From positions 133,692 to 197,691 of the forward strand of contig JBBDIT010000055.1 of assembly GCA_040880285.1 (NCBI GenBank): 64,000 nucleotides of DNA, read 5' to 3'. Positions 27,827-37,290 of this stretch are shown here, in pieces. The DNA comes from Pseudomonadales bacterium. GTDB lineage: Bacteria; Pseudomonadota; Gammaproteobacteria; Pseudomonadales; Azotimanducaceae. The notes below the pieces were generated by a model. The model made no database searches. It saw only the letters and a program-made list of their open reading frames with translations, and was not told the origin of the DNA. Each line of letters starts with the position of its first letter. Positions within the stretch are counted from its first letter, which is position 1. A program made the translations under genes and the position numbers.

Positions 27827-28639
27827 ATGCCTGAATTGCCTGAAGTTGAAACGACTCGTCTGGGCATTACGCCACATGTGGTGGGCAGGCGCGTTACCCG
27901 GGTCCTGGTGAGGGAGCCTCGATTACGTTGGCCGGTGAGTGAAGCGCTGGGTCAGGCGCTGACCGGTCAAACGATCGAGGCAGTTGAACGCCGTGCCAAG
28001 TACCTGTTGTTACGGAGTCCTGCTGGCACCGTGATGATTCATCTGGGAATGTCCGGCAGTCTTCGCGTCCTCGATGCAACCGTTCCCCCGGAAAAACATG
28101 ATCATATTGACCTTGCACTGGAAGGTGGGCAGGTATTGCGGTTTCGTGACCCCAGGCGGTTTGGCTCGGTATTCTGGCTTGTGGGCGATGACTCGCATCC
28201 GCTATTACAGGAGCTGGGGCCCGAACCCCTGCACGAAGATTTTGGCGGTACCCACCTTTTCCAGCGTTCCCGCGGACGCAAGACCCCGGTCAAAGTCTTT
28301 TTGATGAACAGCCAAATTGTCGTCGGAGTCGGCAATATTTATGCGAATGAATCCCTGTATCGTGCCGGAATCCGGCCGACCCTTGCCGCCGGCCGAATTT
28401 CCCGTGGCCGCTATGACCGGTTAGCGGTCGCCGTAAAGGAGGTGTTGGCCGAGGCCATTGCTGCAGGCGGAACCACGCTGCAGGATTTTGTCAGGGAGGA
28501 CGGATCCCCCGGTTATTTTCGCCACGACCTGAAAGTCTATGGGCGGGGCGGGGCGCCTTGTGCTCGCTGTATGCGGGCACTAACGGAAATTCGCCTGGGC
28601 CAGCGAACCACGGTTTTTTGTGGTCGATGTCAGCGATAA
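27827..28639 (+). CDS. mutM: Formamidopyrimidine-DNA glycosylase
   Basis: Canonical MPELPEVETTR N-terminus at the ATG at 27827, an H2TH region, and a C-terminal zinc finger CARCMRAL...VFCGRCQ. Confidence 0.95.
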   Translation: MPELPEVETTRLGITPHVVGRRVTRVLVREPRLRWPVSEALGQALTGQTIEAVERRAKYLLLRSPAGTVMIHLGMSGSLRVLDATVPPEKHDHIDLALEGGQVLRFRDPRRFGSVFWLVGDDSHPLLQELGPEPLHEDFGGTHLFQRSRGRKTPVKVFLMNSQIVVGVGNIYANESLYRAGIRPTLAAGRISRGRYDRLAVAVKEVLAEAIAAGGTTLQDFVREDGSPGYFRHDLKVYGRGGAPCARCMRALTEIRLGQRTTVFCGRCQR

Positions 28640-28872
28640 CACCATAGTTTCGCCCTGCAAAGTCAGGATAGTGGCCCGATATGAATTGACTGCCCTTGTG
28701 TGAAGCTCGTGGCAAGCGGTGGCAGGCGACTTCAATCTGGGCCGCTACCAAAATCATTTGTAATCAGCGTGAAATGGGCTTAACCTTTCACACTCGGCAC
28801 TATTTCTATGTAATGGCTTAAATATTAACTACTTACATCCATTACCTAGAATCAGAAACAGGATTTGCAAAT

Positions 28873-29187
28873 ATGGACAAGAAACGTTTTCAGAGTCTGG
28901 TTATGGCGGCGCTGCTGACCTGCTTGCCTCTGGCGTCTTACGCCGAACGGGTGAATGAGAATCCGTCCGCGGGTGAAATGATGGCGGACCTGGTGATTGC
29001 GAGACCGGTCGGGATTGGCATCTTCGCGCTCGGCACGGTGACATTTGTTGCCACGCTGCCTTTCTCGCTCCTTGGTGGCAATATGATCGAAGCTGCCGAC
29101 ACACTGGTGATGGTACCGGCAAAGGAGGTGTTCGTTCGATGCCTTGGTTGTACAAGTCCGGGGCGGAAGGAAAAACTCAGCAATTAA
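28873..29187 (+). CDS. Small exported/membrane protein, unknown function
   Basis: 104 aa. Signal-like N-terminus (LVMAALLTCLPLASYA), one further hydrophobic stretch (VGIGIFALGTVTFVATLPFSLLGG) and a CxxC (CLGC) near the C-terminus. It follows a 233-nt AT-richer spacer. Confidence 0.45.
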   Translation: MDKKRFQSLVMAALLTCLPLASYAERVNENPSAGEMMADLVIARPVGIGIFALGTVTFVATLPFSLLGGNMIEAADTLVMVPAKEVFVRCLGCTSPGRKEKLSN

Positions 29188-29207
29188 ACCGGGGCTCCAG
29201 TCGCTGT

Positions 29208-29690
29208 TCAGCTGTTAGTGATCTCACCGTTTGTTAAAGCCCGCGCAACGGCGGGGTGGACAAACTTTGAAATGTCACCGCCATAGGATGCAATCTGGCG
29301 GACGAGGGTGGACGAGATATAAGAAAACTCTTCTGATGGTGCGAGAAAAACTGTCTCCAGTCCTGGTTGCAACGACCGGTTCATAGAGAGCATCTGGAAT
29401 TCATACTCGAAGTCGGTCACGGTCCTGATGCCCTTGAGGATAACCGTGGCTCCCACGTCACGCGCAAAATCAACCGTCAGCGTATTAAATCCTGCAACGT
29501 CCACCTCTTCGATATGGGCCAATGCTTGCTTTGCCAGGTTAACCCTGAGTTCAAGTTCGCTGGGGCTCTTGTGTGGGCTGGTTGCTATACCAAGGACAAC
29601 CTTGTCAAAGATTTGAGAGGCTCTCTCTACAAGATCGGTGTGGCCGTTATGTATTGGATTGAAAGTTCCCGGATATAATACGGTGGTCAT
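29208..29690 (-). CDS. coaD: Phosphopantetheine adenylyltransferase
   Basis: [19 protein letters not shown] at the ATG at 29690, with ISSTLVRQI near the C-terminus. The ORF-track start at 29726 is upstream of the conserved N-terminus. Confidence 0.93.
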   Translation of the reverse strand: MTTVLYPGTFNPIHNGHTDLVERASQIFDKVVLGIATSPHKSPSELELRVNLAKQALAHIEEVDVAGFNTLTVDFARDVGATVILKGIRTVTDFEYEFQMLSMNRSLQPGLETVFLAPSEEFSYISSTLVRQIASYGGDISKFVHPAVARALTNGEITNS

Positions 29691-29750
29691 GGTCAGGTTG
29701 GCCCTGTAGCTACTGCGAAGCACCAATAATACACAAGCGGTGATGCCAAT

Positions 29751-30359
29751 TCAGCGATTCTGGCGCAGCGATGGCTCAACCAGACAATACTGGACCTGAC
29801 CGGCACGCTTTTGGCGGGACAGGATAAGTGTTCCGGGTAGTCCGGCCGGATCCATGGTAACGCCTGACTCGATATAGCATTTTCCTTCCGGCGAGAGCAT
29901 GCCTGCCTCGCAAATTTGTGAAAGGATAGGGACAACGTTGTTTTCTTTATAAGGTGGATCGAGAAATATCAGATCGAACGGCGCCTCTGAAAAGGCCTCA
30001 ATGTAGGCTTCAGCCCTGCCATGTACCGTCTGGTAAGTGGCAGGATCTGCCTTCAATCTCGTCAGGTTCGCCTCGATCGCAGCCACTGAAACCTGATCAG
30101 ATTCAACAAAGGTTACCTGTGCCGCTCCCCTTGATAATGCCTCCATGCCGAGGGCTCCACTTCCAGCGTATAATTCAAGGCAGCGGGCGCCGGCGACGTC
30201 AAATTGCAGCCAATTGAACAAGGTTTCGCGGACACGGTCCGGTGTGGGTCTGAGCCCGGGGCGATTGGGAAATGAGACTTTGCGGCTCCGCCAGTTTCCA
30301 CCGATAATTCGCAGCGTGAGATCATGTGTATTCACTCCGGGATTTTCCTGGTCACGCAT
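29751..30359 (-). CDS. rsmD: 16S rRNA (guanine966-N2)-methyltransferase RsmD
   Basis: LRIIGGNWRSRKV.FP...LRPTPDRVRETLFNWL, SAM-binding LELYAGSGALGMEALSRGA, and the FLDPPY motif. Confidence 0.9.
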   Translation of the reverse strand: MRDQENPGVNTHDLTLRIIGGNWRSRKVSFPNRPGLRPTPDRVRETLFNWLQFDVAGARCLELYAGSGALGMEALSRGAAQVTFVESDQVSVAAIEANLTRLKADPATYQTVHGRAEAYIEAFSEAPFDLIFLDPPYKENNVVPILSQICEAGMLSPEGKCYIESGVTMDPAGLPGTLILSRQKRAGQVQYCLVEPSLRQNR

Positions 30360-30415
30360 TGCGCCATTTCGAAATAGTTAGTAATCAAGGAATACAAATT
30401 CAAGGCGGTACACTT

Positions 30416-31408
30416 TTGGTTAATGTAAAAAACACTGTTGCAAATAGTGGAGATGATGGCAAGACCAGCTTCTTCTCACGTATTAAAACAGGACTCGGTC
30501 GAACACGGGCTCGATTTTCAGCCGGGCTTGGCAATGTATTCCTTGGCAAAAAAGTCATTGATCAGGAACTGCTCGAAGAGATTGAGACGATCCTCCTGTC
30601 GTCTGATGTGGGTGTCTCGGCAACCTGTGAAATTCTGGATGACTTGACGCAAAAGGTCGCACGAAAGGAGCTGGACAATGTTGAGGCGCTTCATGAGCAT
30701 CTGCAGCAGGTGCTGACAGACCTGCTCACACCGGTAGAAGTTCCACTTGAAATTCCGGACCAGGCGCATCCATTCGTCATATTGATGGTAGGGGTCAATG
30801 GTGCAGGAAAAACCACCACCATTGGGAAACTGGCCAAGCGTTTGCAGTACGCGGGCAAGTCCGTTTTATTGGCGGCAGGGGATACTTTCCGTGCCGCGGC
30901 AGTGGAACAATTGACGGCGTGGGGTGAGCGCAACCGGGTGGATGTCATCGCCCAACGTGCGGGAGCAGACAGCGCTTCGGTGATCTACGACGCCCTCGCC
31001 CAGGCACGATCGCGTGGCGTCGATGTGCTCATTGCCGACACCGCCGGCCGGCTCCAAAACCGGAAAAATTTGATGGACGAGCTGGGCAAGATCAGGAAGG
31101 TGATGGGAAAGCTGGATCCGGAGGCACCACATGAAGTGTTGCTGGTGCTTGACGCGAGTACTGGTCAAAATGCGATTTCACAGGCGAGGGAGTTCCTTGC
31201 AGCAGTGAACGTGACGGGAATTGCACTTACCAAGCTGGACGGTACCGCAAAAGGCGGAGTCATTTTCGCAATCGCCAGGGAACTGGGATTGCCGATTCGC
31301 TTCGTTGGTGTCGGCGAGCAGATCGATGACCTGCAGCCTTTTGTTGCGCATGAATTCGTCGCGGCCCTGTTTGAAGGCATAGGCGATACCGGCGAAGAAT
31401 CCCAATGA
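30416..31408 (+). CDS. ftsY: Signal recognition particle receptor FtsY (short A-domain form)
   Basis: NG domain motifs GVNGAGKTTTIGKLA, DTAGRL and TKLDGTAKGG. The start is uncertain. The ORF-track start at 30326 overlaps divergent rsmD, so I prefer the in-frame TTG at 30416. Confidence 0.85.
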   Translation: MVNVKNTVANSGDDGKTSFFSRIKTGLGRTRARFSAGLGNVFLGKKVIDQELLEEIETILLSSDVGVSATCEILDDLTQKVARKELDNVEALHEHLQQVLTDLLTPVEVPLEIPDQAHPFVILMVGVNGAGKTTTIGKLAKRLQYAGKSVLLAAGDTFRAAAVEQLTAWGERNRVDVIAQRAGADSASVIYDALAQARSRGVDVLIADTAGRLQNRKNLMDELGKIRKVMGKLDPEAPHEVLLVLDASTGQNAISQAREFLAAVNVTGIALTKLDGTAKGGVIFAIARELGLPIRFVGVGEQIDDLQPFVAHEFVAALFEGIGDTGEESQ

Positions 31409-31426
31409 GACCCTTGCAGGACCGCG

Positions 31427-32086
31427 ATGATTCGATTTGACCAGGTCAGCAAAAGATATCCGGGTGGAAAGGATGCGCTTTCCCGGGTCAGCTTTGAGCT
31501 ACGCGATGAAGAAATGGCTTTCCTGACCGGACACTCGGGAGCCGGTAAGAGTACCCTGCTCAAACTGATCATTCTCATGGAACGGCCAAGCCAGGGCCAG
31601 GTCTTTGTCCAGAATACGAACCTGAATCGGGTTTCGAGGCGCAACATACCGCACCTTAGAAGAAATGTTGGAGTAGTGTTCCAGAACCATCAGCTGCTGT
31701 TTGACCGCAATGTTTACGATAATGTTGCGCTACCACTGATCATCGCCGGCTACCAGCCGAGGGACATTGGCCGCAGGGTCCGTGCCGCCTTGTCCAAGGT
31801 CGGCCTTGGGAACAAGGAGAGGCAGTTCCCCATCACTTTGTCTGGCGGCGAACAACAAAGAGTTGGAATTGCACGTGCCGTGGTTAACCGGCCTCCTGTG
31901 CTGCTGGCAGACGAACCTACCGGGAATCTTGATCCGGACCTTTCCAGGGAAATCATGAGTCTGTTTGAGCAATTCAACCAGGTAGGCGTGACGGTACTCA
32001 TTGCGACACACGACCTGGATCTGGTTGCGAGAATGAAAAAGAAACAGTTGACGCTTAGTGAGGGTCGACTTGAGGTGATCGAATAG
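31427..32086 (+). CDS. ftsE: Cell-division ABC transporter ATP-binding protein FtsE
   Basis: 219 aa. Walker A GHSGAGKST, signature LSGGEQQR, Walker B LLADEPTG. Confidence 0.95.
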   Translation: MIRFDQVSKRYPGGKDALSRVSFELRDEEMAFLTGHSGAGKSTLLKLIILMERPSQGQVFVQNTNLNRVSRRNIPHLRRNVGVVFQNHQLLFDRNVYDNVALPLIIAGYQPRDIGRRVRAALSKVGLGNKERQFPITLSGGEQQRVGIARAVVNRPPVLLADEPTGNLDPDLSREIMSLFEQFNQVGVTVLIATHDLDLVARMKKKQLTLSEGRLEVIE

Positions 32087-32088
32087 CC

Positions 32089-33096
32089 GTGGCGACGCCT
32101 CCCCGACCCAGACAAAAGGAGAGACCAAAGCCCGCGCCAAAGGCAGCCGGGGGTGCAACCGCTGCTAACCAGGGACGCCTCGATCGTCTTTGGTCCTGGC
32201 TGGTTCATCACCGATCAGTCGCAGCAACCAGTCTATTACAGTTGTTTGATAGCTGGCTCGCGAGCCTGATGACGTGGCTCGTGATTGGTGTCGCACTGGC
32301 ACTGCCCACGATCTTGTACCTGCTGCTGGTTAATGTGGGCGATGTTAGCTCGGAATGGGAGGGCAAGCCGAGGTTGAGCGTCTATCTGGTTGCGGATGTG
32401 GACGGCGCAGCAGGCCAGAGGTTTGCAGATCAGCTGGAAGAGATGGAGGCAATTGAAAGCGCGATGTTTATCAGTGCCGATCAGGCCCTTTTGGAATTCC
32501 AGGCGATGTCCGGTTTTGGGGATGTTTTGGCGTCGCTGGATAGAAATCCCTTGCCGGCGCTGATCGAGGTCGTGCCGGCACTGGAACAACCCAGTGAATT
32601 GCGGCTCCTGGTTGTGAATCTTGAGAAGATGGCGCCGGTTGAAAGTGTACAGGTGGATCTGGAGTGGATTGAACGGCTGTTTGCGATTTTGTCACTCGGC
32701 CAGCGTTTTGTGGCTGCATTGGGTTTTTTTCTTGCCCTTGGCGTGCTCCTCTCCATAGGCAATACCATTCGCCTTGCAATCGAGAGTCGCCGTAGTGAAA
32801 TAGAAGTCGTCAAGTTGGTGGGGGGTACCGATAGTTTTGTACGCCGACCATTTCTTTACCTCGGATTCTGGTACGGTTTTGGTGGTGCCATCCTGGCCTG
32901 GGTGATGGTGGAAGCCAGCCTGCTGGTCCTGTCGGGTCCTGTTGATCGGCTGGTGCGATCCTATGACGATGACTTTTCCCTATTGGGATTGGGGTTAAAC
33001 GTCACCTTGCTGCTTTGGCTGATTGGCGCGGCTCTCGGCGTGCTGGGGGCAGCACTGGCGGTGGGGCGACACCTGCATGAAATTGAGCCGCAATAG
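32089..33096 (+). CDS. ftsX: Cell-division ABC transporter permease FtsX
   Basis: 335 aa from a GTG start. Basic N-terminus, a periplasmic domain between TM1 and TM2, and a C-terminal FtsX permease fold. Sits between ftsE and rpoH. Confidence 0.9.
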   Translation: MATPPRPRQKERPKPAPKAAGGATAANQGRLDRLWSWLVHHRSVAATSLLQLFDSWLASLMTWLVIGVALALPTILYLLLVNVGDVSSEWEGKPRLSVYLVADVDGAAGQRFADQLEEMEAIESAMFISADQALLEFQAMSGFGDVLASLDRNPLPALIEVVPALEQPSELRLLVVNLEKMAPVESVQVDLEWIERLFAILSLGQRFVAALGFFLALGVLLSIGNTIRLAIESRRSEIEVVKLVGGTDSFVRRPFLYLGFWYGFGGAILAWVMVEASLLVLSGPVDRLVRSYDDDFSLLGLGLNVTLLLWLIGAALGVLGAALAVGRHLHEIEPQ

Positions 33097-33152
33097 CAGT
33101 TATTTCCGATGAATGTTAGAATTCGCGCCCTTTTGAGGCTGCCAGAGGCGCC

Positions 33153-34004
33153 ATGAGCACACATATCCAGCCAATCGACCAGCTATCCCCGGGGGGTAAC
33201 CTTGAGGCATACATTCAGTCGGTGAACACGATTCCGCTCCTGACGCCGGAAGAAGAGCGTAAATTGGCACAGAAACTGTATTACGAGGAAGATGTAGAGG
33301 CGGCACGACAGCTGGTTATGTCGCATTTGCGGTTCGTGGTCTTTATCGCGCGCTCCTATGCCGGTTATGGCCTGGCCGAAGCAGACCTCATACAGGAAGG
33401 GAACGTCGGCCTGATGAAGGCAGTCAAGCGGTTCAATCCGGAATACGGTGTGCGTCTGGTGTCTTTCGCGGTCCACTGGATCAAGGCCGAGATCCACGAA
33501 TTCATTCTCAAGAACTGGCGGATCGTCAAAATTGCCACGACCAAGGCGCAGCGCAAACTCTTTTTTAACCTGCGCAGCTCTCGCAAAAGCCTGGGCTGGA
33601 TGAACGAGCAGGAAGTCGCGGATATTGCCGATGCGCTGGGTGTTGAGCCCAAACACGTGCGCCAGATGGAAGGACGTCTTTCGTCCCAGGATGAGTCATT
33701 CGACGGCGCTCCTGATGACGACGACGAGGTGTTCACGAGTCCTGCACGCTATCTTGAGGACGTCGGTACCAACCCGGCTGATCTCGCAGAGAGCGAAGAT
33801 GAGGCCCATTCGTCCCACCGGTCGCTGGAACTCGCCTTCGAAAATCTGGATGAACGGTCCCGGGAAATTGTGCGGAGCAGGTGGCTGGACGATGACAAGT
33901 CCACGCTTCATGAACTGGCAGGCCAGTTTGGTATCTCGGCAGAGCGTGTGCGACAAATCGAGCAGAGTGCGCTCAAGAAGTTACGTCAACAAATCGACGC
34001 TTGA
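33153..34004 (+). CDS. rpoH: RNA polymerase sigma-32 factor RpoH
   Basis: 283 aa. Region 2 ([19 protein letters not shown]), the RpoH box ([12 protein letters not shown]) and a region 4 HTH ([21 protein letters not shown]). Confidence 0.95.
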   Translation: MSTHIQPIDQLSPGGNLEAYIQSVNTIPLLTPEEERKLAQKLYYEEDVEAARQLVMSHLRFVVFIARSYAGYGLAEADLIQEGNVGLMKAVKRFNPEYGVRLVSFAVHWIKAEIHEFILKNWRIVKIATTKAQRKLFFNLRSSRKSLGWMNEQEVADIADALGVEPKHVRQMEGRLSSQDESFDGAPDDDDEVFTSPARYLEDVGTNPADLAESEDEAHSSHRSLELAFENLDERSREIVRSRWLDDDKSTLHELAGQFGISAERVRQIEQSALKKLRQQIDA

Positions 34005-34008
34005 CCCG

Positions 34009-34389
34009 ATGTTCAAACTGATATTTGTGTTTGCGGCAGTCAGCGGGCTGGCGAGCGTTGTGCTTGGCGCGTTTGCGTCTCACGGCTTGAAAGGGTCATT
34101 GGACGATCGCCTGCAACACGCTTTCGAGACTGCGGTTTCCTACCAGATGAGCCACAGCCTTGCGTTACTCCTGGTCTGTATCCTGATGGAGCAATGGGGG
34201 CGACACTGGGCCCTCAACTGGGCCTCCTGGGCCTTTACGGCTGGCATTGTCCTTTTCTGCGGTAGCCTCTATCTCCTCACGCTGACCGGCCTCAAGTGGC
34301 CGGGACCGGTTACGCCGGTGGGCGGCCTGGCTTTTATCCTCGGCTGGGCGTTGCTGGCCGTTGGTATCTGGAAGAATGCGGTGGTTTAG
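34009..34389 (+). CDS. DUF423 (YgdD-like) inner-membrane protein
   Basis: ATG at 34009 gives a 126-aa four-TM protein, MFKLIFVFAAVSGLASVVLGAFASHGLK...YQMSHSLALLL, typical of DUF423. The upstream part of ORF 33625..34389 merely overlaps rpoH out of frame. Confidence 0.8.
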   Translation: MFKLIFVFAAVSGLASVVLGAFASHGLKGSLDDRLQHAFETAVSYQMSHSLALLLVCILMEQWGRHWALNWASWAFTAGIVLFCGSLYLLTLTGLKWPGPVTPVGGLAFILGWALLAVGIWKNAVV

Positions 34390-34392
34390 CCC

Positions 34393-35058
34393 ATGCGGGA
34401 AAGCAAGGAGCATGCTCGCGGTATTAAATCCTTCGTGATCCGTGAAGGGAGAATGACCGGGGGACAGCGTCGCGCCCTGATCGAGTATTGGGATGACTAT
34501 GGCATGGCTTGCGAAGGCGTTGTTGAGCCGGAGAAGGTATTCGGCAACGACGCCCCGGTGGTCGTTGAGATCGGATTTGGCATGGGGGATTCGTTATTCG
34601 AATTGGCCACATCCAATCCGGATACCAACTATATTGGCATCGAGGTGCACAGACCCGGTGTCGGTCATCTCCTGATCAAGGCAATGGATGCCGGCCTTTC
34701 GAATCTCAAGGTGATCAACGCCGATAGTGTGACCGTAATGGACAAGTGCATTCCCCATGCATCGATTGATCGTATTCAAGTCTTCTTTCCTGACCCCTGG
34801 CATAAGAAACGCCATCACAAACGTCGTCTGGTCAATCGCAATTTTACGAGCTTGTTGGTGGACCGACTAAAGCCAGGCGGGCTTGTGCACATCGCAACCG
34901 ACTGGCGTCCGTATGCACAAGCAATTGGCGAGGTCATGCTCGAATTTCCTGAGATGACGCCGGTGGAGCCGCCGATCCGGCCAGTCACCAAGTATGAAAG
35001 AAGGGGTGTAATGCTGGGGCACAAGGTTACGGATCTCGCCTGGCGCAAGGTCCAGTAA
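34393..35058 (+). CDS. trmB: tRNA (guanine46-N7)-methyltransferase TrmB
   Basis: 221 aa. VVEIGFGMGDSL (SAM site) and FFPDPWHKKRHHKRRL signature. Confidence 0.93.
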   Translation: MRESKEHARGIKSFVIREGRMTGGQRRALIEYWDDYGMACEGVVEPEKVFGNDAPVVVEIGFGMGDSLFELATSNPDTNYIGIEVHRPGVGHLLIKAMDAGLSNLKVINADSVTVMDKCIPHASIDRIQVFFPDPWHKKRHHKRRLVNRNFTSLLVDRLKPGGLVHIATDWRPYAQAIGEVMLEFPEMTPVEPPIRPVTKYERRGVMLGHKVTDLAWRKVQ

Positions 35059-35153
35059 GGCCAGGGAAGTCCCAGGTGCCCGGTAGTTGTCAACTGGTGC
35101 TAAAGGTGTTTTAGTCGACTCGATCACTCAATTCCAGCAAGGGGAGACGCCTC

Positions 35154-35480
35154 ATGCAATACGTGAACGAGAGTTTCAGGAACCAGCGGGTAGAACTGGA
35201 TGGCAAAATGTTTCGGAACTGCGAGTTCGAAAACTGCGAACTCGTCTTTTCCGGTGATCGGCCCCCGACGTTTTCGGATAACAGATTCGTCGACACGGTA
35301 TTCGTGCTGACAGGTGAAGCCACCAGGACCATGTACCTCCTGTCGAACCTCTATCATGCGGGCGAAGGTGGGAAGGAAGTGGTTGAAAACATCTTCGACG
35401 ACATTCGTAATCGCAGGGTACACGGCCACGAGATCCATACCAAAGTACCGAATACCAGGGATCACAGTCTGGCCGGCTAG
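35154..35480 (+). CDS. Small hypothetical protein with pentapeptide-repeat-like N-terminal periodicity
   Basis: 108 aa. GGGGAG lies 7-12 nt upstream of the ATG. Residues MFRNC/EFENC/ELVFS/GDRPP/TFSDN/RFVDT/VFVLT show a 5-residue hydrophobic period. I recognise no family. Confidence 0.45.
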   Translation: MQYVNESFRNQRVELDGKMFRNCEFENCELVFSGDRPPTFSDNRFVDTVFVLTGEATRTMYLLSNLYHAGEGGKEVVENIFDDIRNRRVHGHEIHTKVPNTRDHSLAG

Positions 35481-35510
35481 CCGAGACTCTATGCGTCTAA
35501 CCGCGAATTT

Positions 35511-36689
35511 CTAACCTCGAATGATTGTGTCGGGGTCTTCAATGGCAATGAGCATGTCATTGAGGTGATTGATGCCGAGAGCCGTTGGCTTGCAGTGATC
35601 TCCATCCACTATCAGCAAACCACGTCGACGAGCGTCCTGCAGGAAGGATTCGATTTTTGCGCGGGCAAGCCCGGTGCGTTGCTCGAACAATTTGAGGTTG
35701 AAGCCGTCCACTAACCGCAAGGCGTTCATCATAAATTCGAGCGGTAGATCCGGGGTCTCAACTTGTTGTCGGTGAGTATTTGCGCCTGCAAGGCCTGCAA
35801 GGCCTGCAAGGCCTGCAAGATAGTCCTTTGGTAGACGGCTCTTTCTAGTCCGCATGATTCCGTAAGCGTTACTGAGTTTGCCGTGGGCGCCGGCACCAAT
35901 GCCGATATAGTCACCGAATTCCCAATAATTGATGTTGTGGCGACTGCGCCTGCCGTCCAGTGCAAATGCGGAGACCTCGTAGCGCTGGTATCCGTGGGCG
36001 GCCAGCAGATGGATCCCGGCATCATAAATGTCCCAGAGTGTATCCTCGTCAGGCAATTGCGGCGGGCGTTTGTAAAACGCGGTATTGGGCTCGATGGTGA
36101 GCTGGTACCAGGAAATGTGCTCCGGCCCCAGCGCGATGGCGGTTTCGAGATCGGCCAGGGCCTCCGTCACGGTCTGGCCGGGTAGGCCGTGCATAAGGTC
36201 GAGATTGACGTTATTGATACCTGCCTGCCGTACCGACCCATAGGCGGCGCCTGCCTCTTCGGCGGTGTGGATACGTCCGAGGGTGGAGAGGTGGCGCGGA
36301 CTGAAACTCTGGACTCCAAGGCTGATCCGGTTAATGCCGGCCGCGCGGAATCCGGCAAACTGATCTCCAGTCTCCGTGTTCCCCTGTATGGCCCCCGGAT
36401 TCGCTTCCATGGTGACTTCAGCCTCATGGCTGATACTGACAGTGGAGCGGACGCCAGCCAGAAGGCGTGCGATTGCTTCCGGTGAAAACAGGTTGGGTGT
36501 GCCGCCGCCGATAAAGATCGAATCAATCGCTCTATTGCCACAATCCTGCTGGTGAGAACGAAGGTCTTTCAGTAGCGCATCAACATATTCGTCTTCCGGA
36601 ATAACACTTGCTTCGTGTGAATTGAAGTCACAGTAGGGACATTTTTTTACACACCAGGGAAGATGAATATAAAGCGACAGAGGAATCAT
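35511..36689 (-). CDS. hemW: Radical SAM heme chaperone HemW (YggW; oxygen-independent coproporphyrinogen-III oxidase-like)
   Basis: 392 aa. LYIHLPWCVKKCPYCDFNS contains the CxxxCxxC cluster motif. HemN_C-like C-terminus. Its position next to rdgB is as in many gammaproteobacteria. Confidence 0.9.
   Translation of the reverse strand: MIPLSLYIHLPWCVKKCPYCDFNSHEASVIPEDEYVDALLKDLRSHQQDCGNRAIDSIFIGGGTPNLFSPEAIARLLAGVRSTVSISHEAEVTMEANPGAIQGNTETGDQFAGFRAAGINRISLGVQSFSPRHLSTLGRIHTAEEAGAAYGSVRQAGINNVNLDLMHGLPGQTVTEALADLETAIALGPEHISWYQLTIEPNTAFYKRPPQLPDEDTLWDIYDAGIHLLAAHGYQRYEVSAFALDGRRSRHNINYWEFGDYIGIGAGAHGKLSNAYGIMRTRKSRLPKDYLAGLAGLAGLAGANTHRQQVETPDLPLEFMMNALRLVDGFNLKLFEQRTGLARAKIESFLQDARRRGLLIVDGDHCKPTALGINHLNDMLIAIEDPDTIIRG
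35784..35819 (-). repeat. Perfect 4 x 9-bp tandem repeat (GCCTGCAAG) inside hemW, encoding (LAG)4
   Basis: Four head-to-tail identical copies at 35784-35792, 35793-35801, 35802-35810 and 35811-35819. In frame on the minus strand they read YLAGLAGLAGLAGANTH. Confidence 0.95.
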
Positions 36690-36696
36690 CGATGGC

Positions 36697-37290
36697 TTAA
36701 ATCGACATTAACGTTTTAAGTTGGGCCAGTGCCAGTGCCCGATGGCTAATTTGATTCTTCGTCTCTGATGTCAGTTCAGCGACTGTCTTGCCAAGTGGAG
36801 GAACCAGAAATAGTGGATCGTACCCGAAGCCATTGCTGCCTCGTCTCGCCTGTATGATCTCACCCTTGAGTGTCCCGCTTGCAATAACCGGTGCCGGATC
36901 CCGTTCGTGTCGCATAAAGACAATGACACAATGGAATTGTGCACCACGACCCTCGGATGGAATGTGGGAAAGCGCATGCAGTAACTTTTCATTGTTGTCA
37001 TGATCTGTTGCGTCCTCGCCTGCATAACGAGAGGAATAGATGCCCGGCGCACCGTCGAGTGCCGCGACTTCGAGCCCCGAGTCATCTGCAATCGCTGAAA
37101 GCCCACTTTCGCGGGTTGCGTTCCTGGCCTTGATGATCGCATTTTCGACAAAAGTTAAACCGGTTTCTGGTGGCTCGGAGATCGCGAGTTCGCGCTGGGA
37201 AACCAGTTCGAGAGAGGCGGGTAAAACGGCCCGGATTTCAGCGATTTTATGTTCGTTACCGCTTGCGATAACAATTTTTGACAAGGCCAC
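36697..37290 (-). CDS. rdgB: Non-canonical purine NTP pyrophosphatase (XTP/dITP diphosphatase) RdgB
   Basis: 197 aa. IVIASGNEHKIAEI, ADDSGLEV and GSNGFGYDPLF motifs. Confidence 0.93.
   Translation of the reverse strand: MALSKIVIASGNEHKIAEIRAVLPASLELVSQRELAISEPPETGLTFVENAIIKARNATRESGLSAIADDSGLEVAALDGAPGIYSSRYAGEDATDHDNNEKLLHALSHIPSEGRGAQFHCVIVFMRHERDPAPVIASGTLKGEIIQARRGSNGFGYDPLFLVPPLGKTVAELTSETKNQISHRALALAQLKTLMSI

Noticed and set aside
28491-28757. 88-aa minus-strand ORF overlapping the 3' end of mutM.
   Set aside because: Most of it is antisense to the well-conserved Fpg zinc-finger region, and the product has no recognisable features.
33625-34008. The N-terminal 128 codons of ORF 33625..34389.
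   Set aside because: This part overlaps rpoH out of frame and translates to Arg/Ser/Thr-rich nonsense. Only the segment from the ATG at 34009 has the DUF423 four-TM pattern.
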